Assembly (NCBI GenBank): GCA_965218695.1
Contig: OZ244651.1
Span: 1,824,001-1,888,000 of the forward strand
DNA from: Nitrosopumilus sp.
GTDB lineage: Archaea > Thermoproteota > Nitrososphaeria > Nitrososphaerales > Nitrosopumilaceae
Length of the DNA stretch: 64,000 nt
Direction of reading: 5' to 3'
Part shown: positions 10,762 to 20,219 of the stretch, piece by piece
Layout: every line of letters begins with the position of its first letter
How positions within the stretch are numbered: position 1 is the first letter of the stretch
Program-made: the position numbers and the translations under genes
Notes under the pieces: model-generated
Seen by the model: only the letters and a program-made list of their open reading frames with translations
Told to the model about the DNA's origin: nothing
The model's database searches: none

Positions 10762-11366
10762 ACCGGTATGCACTGGATTACATGCCCAAATATCAGAAAC
10801 AGGTTGAAGGCAAGCCACACCACAAAGAACAGGAACGTCACAGTTGAAAACGGCAGCAGCAGCCTGAGCCGGGTATACTCCATTCCCTTGAGTATCAGCA
10901 GCGCGCCCAGGGATCCCAGAACCAGCCCGAACTCAAGCGGCTGGTGCGACCAGGAGACCAGCCCGTCGATTCCAAACAGGTCATGGGATATGAAGTCTGC
11001 AAAACCCGATGCCATCTGGATGGCACCGCCAATCATAACCAGCTTAATTCCGGTCCTGATAGAACCGCGCACCATGCCGCGCACCAGCAGAACGCTCCCC
11101 AGGACTCCTGCGCACGCAGTCATGGAGACCCCTGTGTACACCACGATGTGCGGGGCGCTCCAGAAGAACTCCGGCTCCTGCAGGATGTGCGATATGGCGT
11201 CCCAGAATCCGGCAGACACGACCACCACGGGTCCTGCCACTGCAAGAACCGCAAGGGGCAGGATGAATTTGGATCCTGCAATCCTTAAACTGGCGATTCG
11301 CGGGAGCAGATTCATTATTGATTCTGCACCAAAAACGGCATATTTGAATTGCAGGGGAACAGTCAA
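10725..11366 (-). CDS. multi-pass membrane protein, hypothetical (true start possibly 11315)
   Basis: Five TM segments with repeated WDAISH...FWSAPH and DFISH...SWSH motifs, suggesting possible metal ligands. Confidence 0.7.
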   Translation of the reverse strand: MTVPLQFKYAVFGAESIMNLLPRIASLRIAGSKFILPLAVLAVAGPVVVVSAGFWDAISHILQEPEFFWSAPHIVVYTGVSMTACAGVLGSVLLVRGMVRGSIRTGIKLVMIGGAIQMASGFADFISHDLFGIDGLVSWSHQPLEFGLVLGSLGALLILKGMEYTRLRLLLPFSTVTFLFFVVWLAFNLFLIFGHVIQCIPVYEIFSSGCSVL

Positions 11367-11388
11367 CTATATTTAGACAGTACGCGGT

Positions 11389-11637
11389 ATGACTCCCATG
11401 AGCCCTGGCATAGGACTAATGAAGAGGCGGCTTGAAAAGGAGCGCGACGCCATTGCCCTAGCTATATCAGGAATCGCAAAGAGGTACGAGGTGGCGCCGG
11501 ACGGCATCAGCACCCTTGAGACAAAGTACGATGATGACGCAGGCGACTGGTACGTGGCACTCGGATGGGACACGCAGAGGGCCGTAGTCAGGATGGACTC
11601 TGTCCAGGCAACGATAATTGAGATTAACGAGATCTGA
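11389..11637 (+). CDS. small hypothetical protein
   Basis: 82-aa ORF with natural composition, co-oriented upstream of mtnA. Confidence 0.7.
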   Translation: MTPMSPGIGLMKRRLEKERDAIALAISGIAKRYEVAPDGISTLETKYDDDAGDWYVALGWDTQRAVVRMDSVQATIIEINEI

Positions 11638-11677
11638 TCTGCTCGTTTTAAATATGGAGTGACCACTCCGGCATGAA

Positions 11678-12730
11678 GTGAACACTACCTACTCGTCTCT
11701 TAGAACCGTGGAGTGGAAGGACGGCAGGGTGATAATGATCGACCAGACCAGGCTGCCAAACGAGCTTATTCTTGTAGAGTATGACAGGTGGGAGCAGGTG
11801 GCAGAGGCCATCAGGACCCTCGTCGTGCGCGGGGCGCCTGCAATCGGGGTGTCCGGAGCGTTTGGACTGGCGCTTGCAGCACAGCAGAGCAGCGCTGCAT
11901 CCCGCGAGGGCCTCCTGTCTGACCTGGAGGAGGCAAGAAAGGCGCTATTTGGGACCAGACCCACCGCGGTAAACCTCGGGTGGGGGCTGGACAAGATAAT
12001 GGACGTTGCACGGGCAGCAGGCACCGTACAGCAGATCAAAGAGGACGTGGTCTCTGCTGCCAGAACGATGGCAGACGAGGACGTCAGGATCAACCGCGCC
12101 ATGGGCAAGAACGGCTCTGCGCTCTTTGATAATAATGACACCGTGATGACCCACTGCAATGCAGGCGCGCTTGCGACCGTATCCTACGGGACCGCGCTTG
12201 GCGTCATCCGGGCCACCAGGGAGAGCGGAAAGAACGTCAGGGTGATTGCAACCGAGACGAGGCCCGTCCAGCAGGGCTCAAGGCTTACGGCCTTTGAGCT
12301 AAAGCACGACGGCTTTGACGTGAGTCTGATTCCGGACACGGCAGTAGGGTACTCCATGGCAAACGGGCTAGTCGACAAGGTGGTGGTCGGCGCAGACAGG
12401 ATAGTCAGGACGGGCCACGTGTTCAACAAGATCGGGACGTACCAGGTGGCAACCATGGCCAGGCAGCACGGCATTCCGTTCTATGTGGCAGCCCCGCTGT
12501 CCACCATAGACATGAAGGGGGACGCCAAGGACATAGTAATCGAGATGCGCAAGGGAAGCGAGGTCACGGGGACCGGTTCTGGCAGGACCGCCCCCGAGGA
12601 CGTCGATGTGATCAACCCGGCCTTTGATGTGACCCCCCCTGAACTGATCTCGGGGATCATCACGGAGAAGGGGGTGGCGTTTGCGCCGTACGGGGAGTCC
12701 ATCCCAAAGTTATTCGAAGCTAATTTATAG
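11678..12730 (+). CDS. mtnA: S-methyl-5-thioribose-1-phosphate isomerase (eIF-2B-like family)
   Basis: VRGAPAIG, TRPTAVNL, THCNAGALAT, ETRP, NKIGT and NPAFDVTP motifs. Confidence 0.92.
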   Translation: MNTTYSSLRTVEWKDGRVIMIDQTRLPNELILVEYDRWEQVAEAIRTLVVRGAPAIGVSGAFGLALAAQQSSAASREGLLSDLEEARKALFGTRPTAVNLGWGLDKIMDVARAAGTVQQIKEDVVSAARTMADEDVRINRAMGKNGSALFDNNDTVMTHCNAGALATVSYGTALGVIRATRESGKNVRVIATETRPVQQGSRLTAFELKHDGFDVSLIPDTAVGYSMANGLVDKVVVGADRIVRTGHVFNKIGTYQVATMARQHGIPFYVAAPLSTIDMKGDAKDIVIEMRKGSEVTGTGSGRTAPEDVDVINPAFDVTPPELISGIITEKGVAFAPYGESIPKLFEANL

Positions 12731-12766
12731 AAAGTTTTTATTGTTTTTGAGATCCTACTTTACAAT

Positions 12767-13405
12767 ATGAGCGCGGTTTCATCAAGTGCAGTAGAGGAGT
12801 CCCTCAGACAGTGCATGGATCCCGAGGTCCCGCTCAACATAGTCGAGATGGGGCTCATCTACGGGATCGATGTGGCCGAGAACAACGACGTCAACATCAA
12901 GATGACCATGACCACGCAGGGCTGCCCTCTCCATGAGACGCTGGTGCAGGATGCGACAAGGTATGTTAAGCGAGTGCCAGGCGTCAACAACGTCAACGTG
13001 GACATCGTGTGGGATCCCCCATGGTCCATGGACAAGATGTCAGAGGAGGCAAAGAAGAAGATAAAGGACATGGGTACGGGCATGAACACGCCGGCGCCGA
13101 TAAACTACGACACCGCCCTTCCCCAAGGAGTCGGCAAGATCGTCCAGCAGGAGGACGGCTCCATGGTGCTGCTAAACGAGCACGAGCAGGGGTTCATGGT
13201 GAACCAGGCAATAATCAACTTTTGGAAGTCATGCAACGGGCACCGCAAGGTGACTGACCTGGTGGACATCTTTGCAAGCCAGACCGGAATGCAGAGGAAC
13301 CAGGTGGAAAAGGAGGTGATGCAGTTGTTGCAGCAGCTTCGCGACGGCGGACTGGTTGCCATTGCAGGCCAGCCCGAGGTCCCAAACGTCGAGTTTAACA
13401 GATGA
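12767..13405 (+). CDS. DUF59/SufT Fe-S assembly domain fused to a PqqD-like winged helix
   Basis: DPEVPLNIVEMGLIY, TTQGCP and VWDPPWS motifs; C-terminal FWKSCNG...LLQQLRDGGLV resembles PqqD. Confidence 0.82.
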   Translation: MSAVSSSAVEESLRQCMDPEVPLNIVEMGLIYGIDVAENNDVNIKMTMTTQGCPLHETLVQDATRYVKRVPGVNNVNVDIVWDPPWSMDKMSEEAKKKIKDMGTGMNTPAPINYDTALPQGVGKIVQQEDGSMVLLNEHEQGFMVNQAIINFWKSCNGHRKVTDLVDIFASQTGMQRNQVEKEVMQLLQQLRDGGLVAIAGQPEVPNVEFNR

Positions 13406-13409
13406 GATT

Positions 13410-14057
13410 CTAAAAGGCGTATCGGGAGTCTGCCCCGTCAAATGTTATGGTGACGCCTGAGAGGTACTTTACGTTGTTCTGGATGATTCCCTTTACGAAC
13501 CCGCCAATCTCTTCTGGCCTTCCCATCCTGCCCATGGGGAGGGACTTTTGAAACTCGGGGGTGTCCTTGAGAATGTCCTTGGTTCTGTCCGTGCTGATGA
13601 GGCCAGGTGCTATATTGACGCAGTTTATCTCCCTTGCCGCATACTCTTTGCTTAGAACCTTGAGTACCTCTACAAATGCCGCACGGTACGCAGACGAGAT
13701 TACCAGGTTTGGGACAGGCTCCCTTACCACGCCGGAGCTGACAAGGAAGATGTATCCCCCGTCGCGTATCTTGATGTTCTGCAGGATGATGCAGAATCCC
13801 AGGAACAGCTGGTTGTGGTATCTGTTCCACTCCTCTTCGGCAACCTCTGCAAAGGGTTTGGGAGGCGGTCCGCCGGTGTTGAGGACCAGGATGTCAGTAG
13901 CTGGATGATCCCGAGTGAACCTGCGGACGCTGTCAAGGTCTGACGTGTCGATGTCGGCGCGGGATGCTGCAAGTACATCTATTCCGATGGATTCCAGGGA
14001 TTCGGATATCGCCCTGCCTATCCCCCTGGAGCCGCCAAGCACGATTGCCTCAGTCAT
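13410..14057 (-). CDS. SDR-family oxidoreductase
   Basis: GGSRGIG, NIAPG and PMGRMGRPEE motifs. Confidence 0.88.
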   Translation of the reverse strand: MTEAIVLGGSRGIGRAISESLESIGIDVLAASRADIDTSDLDSVRRFTRDHPATDILVLNTGGPPPKPFAEVAEEEWNRYHNQLFLGFCIILQNIKIRDGGYIFLVSSGVVREPVPNLVISSAYRAAFVEVLKVLSKEYAAREINCVNIAPGLISTDRTKDILKDTPEFQKSLPMGRMGRPEEIGGFVKGIIQNNVKYLSGVTITFDGADSRYAF

Positions 14058-14182
14058 GGTATCATCAGGGGGCACGGACGATTAAATCTCTTTGGCAGGC
14101 AACCCAGACCGTTACCTGGGATTCTCCCCGGCCATGCACGCGGCCGTCCCGCGGCCGGCGGTGGCGGTGGCCTTGCGCGACA

Positions 14183-15556
14183 CTAGAACGGCTTGTCGTA
14201 CTCCAGCGTCATTCCCCACTGGTTCAGCGTGCCCGTATCGCCGTCCCGGTAGTCCCCCACGGATATGGTCCAGTCACCTGCGGTGCCAGACCCCATAAGC
14301 CGCTCAAGATCGCCGCCCGTATCAGAGCTGTACACTGCCACGACGTTGTTCTGGCCGCCGCCTGACCTGCCGTGCAGGACCGCCTCGGTCCCGTCGGGTG
14401 CCGTCAGCACCACCCTGAGATCGCCCCGGTACGGGTGGGTTATGTCCACTGACACGTATATCTCAGTCAGGACTCCCTCGTACGGGATGTGGATTACGCT
14501 CGAGGCCGCCGCCTGGCTGTCCGTATCATCGGGAATTGCAAGGTCAGGCTGCACGGCGTGGCTGTACCCTGGAACCGGATGGGCCGGGGCAGGGGGTTGC
14601 TTCTCGTGCCCCACCCGAATGTCCCAATCATGTATCGTTCCGGTGTGATCCGGGGAATAGTCTCCCACCGAGAGCGTCCAGAGGCCGGTGGCATTCATCC
14701 CCAAGAGGGGAAGGAACGGGTCCCTGTCATCAGCAGGAAGCTTCAGCCAGAGGTCGTCCAGATCGCCGCCTGACCTGCCGTGCAGGACCGCCTCGGTCCC
14801 GTCGGGTGCCGTCAGCACCACCCTGAGATCGCCCCGGTACGGGTGGGTTATGTTTGCCAGCACGAATACATCAGAGACGGTTCCGCCGTCGGGGATGTCG
14901 AGCACGAACGACGTGTCCTGGCCGTCGGTGTCGTCCGGGATCGGAATGTCCGGGGACGCATCAATGCCGCTTACAGTCCGGATCGGATTGGGGACAGGCG
15001 GCAGTAGTACGTATGTCAGCTCAACCCAGATGCTCTCCATCGTTCCCACGCGGCCCTGCGAATAGTCTCCCACCGTGATCGTCCACCGACCATCGGAGGC
15101 CTGCCCGGCAAGGGATGCAAGCGCGCTGCTTGTCGCAGACGTGTACTCCTTTACCACGTATGGGGTATGTCCGCCCTCCCTGTTGTGCAGTATGACCTCG
15201 GTCCCGTCGGGTGCAGTCAGCACTATCTTGAGATCCCCTTGGCTTGGATGGGACAGGTCGATGGATGCCGAGATCGCAGTGACTACGCCACGCTCGAACA
15301 TGTCTGCAAAGTTACCCAAGGACTGATCTGACGTATTGTCTGGTATCGTCGCCGTCCCGCCAAAGTACACGTTATTTATTACTGTCCTCTCGGTGCTGCC
15401 AGACGAGGCAACGGGGAACGTGTCTGTCGCCCGGACATATCCGGATGGATCATAGGATGGCAAGCCGGAGCCAAGAGCCGGAGGGGCCGGCGCAGGGTAG
15501 AAGGAGAGCAGCATTATAGACATGACGAGGATTGCAAGAAGAAGGGCCGCCTGCAA
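14183..15556 (-). CDS. secreted protein with three proprotein-convertase P-domains and no protease domain
   Basis: Signal peptide; three repeats of IPD...(I)THP(Y)RGDL.VVL.APDGT...G.WT.SVGD. Confidence 0.85.
   Translation of the reverse strand: MQAALLLAILVMSIMLLSFYPAPAPPALGSGLPSYDPSGYVRATDTFPVASSGSTERTVINNVYFGGTATIPDNTSDQSLGNFADMFERGVVTAISASIDLSHPSQGDLKIVLTAPDGTEVILHNREGGHTPYVVKEYTSATSSALASLAGQASDGRWTITVGDYSQGRVGTMESIWVELTYVLLPPVPNPIRTVSGIDASPDIPIPDDTDGQDTSFVLDIPDGGTVSDVFVLANITHPYRGDLRVVLTAPDGTEAVLHGRSGGDLDDLWLKLPADDRDPFLPLLGMNATGLWTLSVGDYSPDHTGTIHDWDIRVGHEKQPPAPAHPVPGYSHAVQPDLAIPDDTDSQAAASSVIHIPYEGVLTEIYVSVDITHPYRGDLRVVLTAPDGTEAVLHGRSGGGQNNVVAVYSSDTGGDLERLMGSGTAGDWTISVGDYRDGDTGTLNQWGMTLEYDKPF
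14356..14853. repeat. identical 90-bp direct repeat (14356-14445 and 14764-14853) within P-domains 3 and 2
   Basis: CGCCGCCTGACC...GGGTTATGT identical in both copies; flanks diverge. Confidence 0.9.
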
Positions 15557-15560
15557 AGTC

Positions 15561-16976
15561 TCACCCCAGGCGATCTATCTCGGCTGCCCGGGCCGTGGAT
15601 GCCTGCCACCCGCGCTCGCTCAGATCCGGCACGCTAGACTCCATCATGCAGGCCGTGTTTTGTCCGTCGGGCCGGAGCATCAGCTGCAGGCCGGGCTTGC
15701 AGTCTATGCTGTGGGGCGGGATTCCGTTCTCGGCCTGGAGGCGGGGGGACATGACCTCGTGGATCCCCTGAAAGTCCTGCCAGTCTGAGGCATGCTCTGC
15801 AAATACCCCGCTGCCTGGCGGGAGCAGCTTCTCGTTTATGATTACGGGTCTTTGCAGCACCACGTCCATCCCGGTGATTCGGATCGGGTCGTTGCCCGTG
15901 TCTGGGATCATTCCATTTACCGTCCCGATCCTGTCAAGTATGAGGTTTCTTTCGATCGCCCGCGGATCAAATCCCACGTTCATGCGTACGAGCCACTTGC
16001 CGAGCGGTTCGTACCGTTCCCAGAACTCCTCGCCCAGCCGATCCTCGTCGGATCTTGGAGTCGGGTCAACGTTGCCATCGCCAACATTGCCCAAGTATTG
16101 CACGCCTATGGTGGGGGTACTCCACGACACCGGCCTAGTGATCCCTTGCGGTTCCTGCGTTGCGCCCGATGGCAAAACCGTCGCTTCGGGAGGTGCCGCC
16201 GGCTTGTCTATGAGGTCCATAAACAGCACGTCGACTCCGGGAACATAGTACGGAAAGATGCCCAGCGCATACAGCGTAAAGCTCATGGGATCCATATCGT
16301 GCGCCATTATCCTGAGCGGGAGCATCGGGTATTCGCTCTCAAACACGAACTCGATCGGCCGGAGGTTTCCGTTTATCATGCCGCCATCGTCGAGATCTGC
16401 CCTGTCCATGTTTACCTTCATGGCCGCAAAGTAGTAGCCCCCCTTCTCGACATAGTATTCAAAATTCTCACGATCCTCGGCCTTGAACTCAAAACCGTTG
16501 CCGTTAAGCCACTCGACCAAGGCGTCTGCAGTCTCCGCAGTCAGGACGATCGTTGTAAAGTCCCCCACGTCCTTTCTTTCCACCACGACGACCCCTGCGC
16601 TGCTTGGCCTGGCTTGCTGTGTTATCAGGGCGTCTTCAAGAGTACGGGTGTCGTCGTAACGTATAGTCGTGTATCTCAGGAGGGTATCAAACATGTCCTC
16701 TGGGGCCTCGTTTATTGCGGGCCTGGCCGGAAGCGGCATGACCATCCCAAACTCCGTGGCGGTGCCAGAGAATGCTGGCTGTATCACCAACGTCTCTGTC
16801 CTGTCTTGTTCCGAATACATCAGAAACACCTGGGCGTCATCGTCTGGGAGTATGGTGTACCCGGGGGGAGGAAAGATGGGAGGGCATGCGGCATACGCTG
16901 AGGTTCCCAGGCCTGCAAGGGCAAACACGAGCAGGGGAATGATGACTACTTGCCTTACCGTCATCACCCTTGCCAT
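15561..16976 (-). CDS. secreted DUF2330-like protein with a thaumarchaeal Cys-containing C-terminal module
   Basis: Signal peptide ending AYAAC; FGMVMPLP, LVEWLNGNGF, YFAAMKV and PMLPLRI motifs; C-terminal SPRLQ...C.PGLQL...TACM...L.ERGW. Confidence 0.75.
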   Translation of the reverse strand: MARVMTVRQVVIIPLLVFALAGLGTSAYAACPPIFPPPGYTILPDDDAQVFLMYSEQDRTETLVIQPAFSGTATEFGMVMPLPARPAINEAPEDMFDTLLRYTTIRYDDTRTLEDALITQQARPSSAGVVVVERKDVGDFTTIVLTAETADALVEWLNGNGFEFKAEDRENFEYYVEKGGYYFAAMKVNMDRADLDDGGMINGNLRPIEFVFESEYPMLPLRIMAHDMDPMSFTLYALGIFPYYVPGVDVLFMDLIDKPAAPPEATVLPSGATQEPQGITRPVSWSTPTIGVQYLGNVGDGNVDPTPRSDEDRLGEEFWERYEPLGKWLVRMNVGFDPRAIERNLILDRIGTVNGMIPDTGNDPIRITGMDVVLQRPVIINEKLLPPGSGVFAEHASDWQDFQGIHEVMSPRLQAENGIPPHSIDCKPGLQLMLRPDGQNTACMMESSVPDLSERGWQASTARAAEIDRLG

Positions 16977-17164
16977 GGTGAAATAGCGGCCGGCGATTAT
17001 ATGAGGACGCAAAGGTCCCCTGCGGGAGTTCCCGTGCATCATCATCATCATCGTGGCTTTTCTCTGTCTTCTGAGGCGCGCTTCCGGGTCTTGCCGCCGC
17101 AGATAGGCTGTGAATGTAGCACGGTTCTGCCCTGCATCCTACCAAGAGTAGCAGTCCGGACTGT

Positions 17165-18226
17165 ATGAGACGGCCGCAGTTGAACCAATATATCCCCAGA
17201 GACACAAAGAACACAGTGCTTGATGGGAAGACTCTGAAGAGGCTGGACTCGAAGGGAATGCATGTGATTTATGACGGGTGGCCGGAGACTGCTAGGAGTT
17301 CGTTTGAGTTTAAGCATGAAAAAACCAGATTTGACGACGTAAGGGATATCGTGTTTGCCGGGATGGGCGGTTCCGGAGCCATCGGGGACGTCTTTGCATC
17401 AATCCTGTCCAAGACGGACATCCATGTGAGCGTGGTCAAGGGGTACGTCCTTCCAAAGACTGCCACCAAGGACACGCTGGTGGTGACTACGAGCATCTCC
17501 GGGAATACGATCGAGACGGTGACTGTCCTAAAAGAGGCCATGGACAGGGGATGCAGGATGTCTGCCTTTTCGTCTGGAGGAATAATGCAGGATGTCTGCA
17601 CAAGGAATGGCCTAGAGTACAGAAGGATTGGAAAGATTCATTCCCCGAGGGCGTCGTTCATGTCATTCCTGTACGGGATGCTAAACGTGCTGCATCCCAT
17701 CCTGCCCATAAGCAAGGGGGACATCTGCGAGTCGCTCGCAGAGGTAGAGAGGCTTGGTGGAATGATCAACTCGGATAACATGAACAGAAATAATCCTGCC
17801 CTGCAGATGGCAGAATGGATTGACGGAATACCCATGATATACTACCCGTTCGGGCTGCAGGCAGCTGCCATCAGATTCAAAAACTCCCTGCAGGAGAATG
17901 CAAAGACGCACGCCGCAGTGGAGGATGTCATCGAGAGCTGCCACAACGGGATAGTCTCATGGGAGGGGGGCAACGGATTCCAGCCCATCCTGCTGCAGGG
18001 TGAGGACGACTACATCAGGACAAAGGAGAGGTGGAAGGTGTTCAAGGAGTACTTTGAGGAGAATGGGATCGATTTTTGGGAGGTCCGCTCCGTCAAGGGA
18101 AACATACTCTCAAAGATCATCACGCTGGTGTACCTCTTTGATTATTGCTCCATATTCCTTGCAGCAAAGAACGGGATCGATCCCTCGCCAGTAAGATCAA
18201 TTGATTTCATCAAGGGCAGAATATGA
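17165..18226 (+). CDS. SIS-domain phosphoglucose/phosphomannose isomerase-like protein
   Basis: GMGGSG, SISGNTIET, SSGG, SPRAS, QENAK and ESCHN motifs. Confidence 0.88.
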   Translation: MRRPQLNQYIPRDTKNTVLDGKTLKRLDSKGMHVIYDGWPETARSSFEFKHEKTRFDDVRDIVFAGMGGSGAIGDVFASILSKTDIHVSVVKGYVLPKTATKDTLVVTTSISGNTIETVTVLKEAMDRGCRMSAFSSGGIMQDVCTRNGLEYRRIGKIHSPRASFMSFLYGMLNVLHPILPISKGDICESLAEVERLGGMINSDNMNRNNPALQMAEWIDGIPMIYYPFGLQAAAIRFKNSLQENAKTHAAVEDVIESCHNGIVSWEGGNGFQPILLQGEDDYIRTKERWKVFKEYFEENGIDFWEVRSVKGNILSKIITLVYLFDYCSIFLAAKNGIDPSPVRSIDFIKGRI

Positions 18227-18618
18227 AAGAGCGTGCTAAGGTGCATCATGTTTGATTTTAGACCGGTTTAATTTCGTTACAAAAAACAATGCAAAAGCAT
18301 GCATACGGAAAAATAATCTGAGGGATAATCAGGTAACTACAAAATTATTGACAATCTCCTAGTGAAACGATTTCGAATTCTGTTTTAGCGATATAAAATT
18401 TCTGCATATCTACTGTTTTTCTATTATTATTGTTGCCTCCTCTTTTTGCATGCCATTTATTCTTTGGATCGTAAATTCATGCCTGTCAATCCCAAAATCA
18501 AGCAAGATGTCTTCAAGTTGACGCACAGATAAATCATTAAAATAATAATGCTTTCTCTCATTTCATTGGATGTTGTGGGGGGTAGATCGGGTAAGTATCC
18601 TCGATACGAGTTTATGTA

Positions 18619-19871
18619 TACCAAAAGTGAAAAGTTGATGCGATTGTCACATATTTTACCGCATCTAGAGTTATACCAATTTCACGTCCCACAGTCAATG
18701 AAGATCAAGACGATGTTGAAAAGATACACCGCTGAGACAGACTGCGATACCAAGGACCGCATGATGCTGATCATCAGAGTCAAACGTGATGGAATAACCA
18801 TGAGGGATTCTGCAAAATCCCTGGGAAAGTCAGCCTCGTGGGGCTACAAGTGGCATGAGCGCTACCTGGAAGTCGGATTTGACAGGCTGGGAAACATGCC
18901 GCGCTCCGGCAGGCCGACCAAGGCGAGCAAGGCAGACATGAAGAAGATCAGAAAGGCCGCATGCAGTAAACCGGTCTGGACGGGCAGGGAGATGCAGCAA
19001 TACATCCAACAGAAGACCGGAGTAAAGTACGAACTCGGATATGTGCGCCAGATACTGCGCGGGTGGGGCTATTCCCAAAAGGTTCCCGTAGGAAAACATG
19101 CAAGAAGGGCACCTGACGAGGAGATCAGGAAATTCCAAAAAGAGATGCCAGAGATTATAAAAAAAGAACAGTGAAGGAACAGTCGTAGCGATACAGGACG
19201 AGTCCATAGTAATCTCCGATGCGCGGCCGCGAAGACGCGGCTACACCAGGAAGGGAATACGGGCGTTTTTCACGTACACCGGCTCACACTCCAAGACGAT
19301 AATCCATGGACTAATCACCACGGACGGCAGGGGCATGTTCCGGCAGTACGATGCGTTTACCAAGGACACCTTTGAGGACTTTCTAAGGCAGGCGATGTAC
19401 AGGTTCAAGAAGATCTGCCTGATCATGGACAAGGCCTCCCAGCACAGGGCATCAAACATACGCAAACTGCTTGATGGCACAGACGGCCTGGAGATAATCT
19501 TCCTGCCAACTGCAACCCCGGACCTGAGCGCCATAGAGACGTACTGGAGGGATCTCAAACGGGCAGTGCTTGACGTGCCGTACACCAGCCTGAGCATGCT
19601 CCGCGAGGCGATCACCCGGTACACGAGGTACAAAAAACCGAATCTGGTAGTCGAGAATTTTCTGTACAGGGCCATCTAGAACGACATCAAACCGCACCGG
19701 ATCCACGCCGCCTAGCGTGTGCCATGCACGGCGCACCAGAGCATGCAATGTCTAATGTTTGGAGCGTCTTTTCTCGTCATTTGGGAATTCAACGCACCTC
19801 GTAATTTCCAGAGACGGCTGTTGCATCAAAAATTTATGAGCGATTTTGATATGAATTTTTCATTGCTGGTA
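18619..19871 (+). mobile_element. IS630-family element, about 1.25 kb
   Basis: Imperfect TIRs TACCAAAAGTGAAA / TTTCATTGCTGGTA, each flanked by TA. Confidence 0.75.
18698..19679 (+). CDS. IS630 transposase split into HTH (18698..19174) and DDE (about 19168..19679) frames by a +1 shift
   Basis: PRSGRP, IQDES, IMDKASQH and PDLSAIE motifs; an A7G run lies at the junction. Confidence 0.82.
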
Positions 19872-20219
19872 TATGTGTATTTGGTAGTTGAGTCAGCAAC
19901 TTTGCGCATAAATATATGCCACGGAAAGTAAATCCGTGAACGAAAATCAAATTTATCGCAAAATTCCATTCAAATTACTTCCATGACAGAGGACATTCTC
20001 CTCATTTAGTCGTGTAGAGGGATTGAGCCATTCAGTCAAGATGATATGCACATAACCCCCAATGAATAAAGTCTGATATCAATGATTGATGGTCAGAGTA
20101 TAGGACAACATGATTCTCACATAACACATTCCCGATAACGCAGGAGAACCAGTACAGATAGAACTTATAATAAATACTGTCATGGTACATACAGAGGAAA
20201 GCATAGGAGTAGAAGGATA

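Larger units (their letters stand above)
18300..20150 (-). pseudogene. heavily decayed AT-rich gene, possibly a SAM-dependent methyltransferase, interrupted by IS630
   Basis: Short protein-like fragments on both sides of the IS (GGYVHIILTEW; DLSVRQLEDILLDFGID) with many stops and frameshifts. Confidence 0.3.

Noticed and set aside
14356-14853. Possible DGR template/variable repeat pair
   Set aside because: The copies are identical with no adenine-specific mismatches, both are in-frame domains of one gene, and there is no reverse transcriptase in the window.
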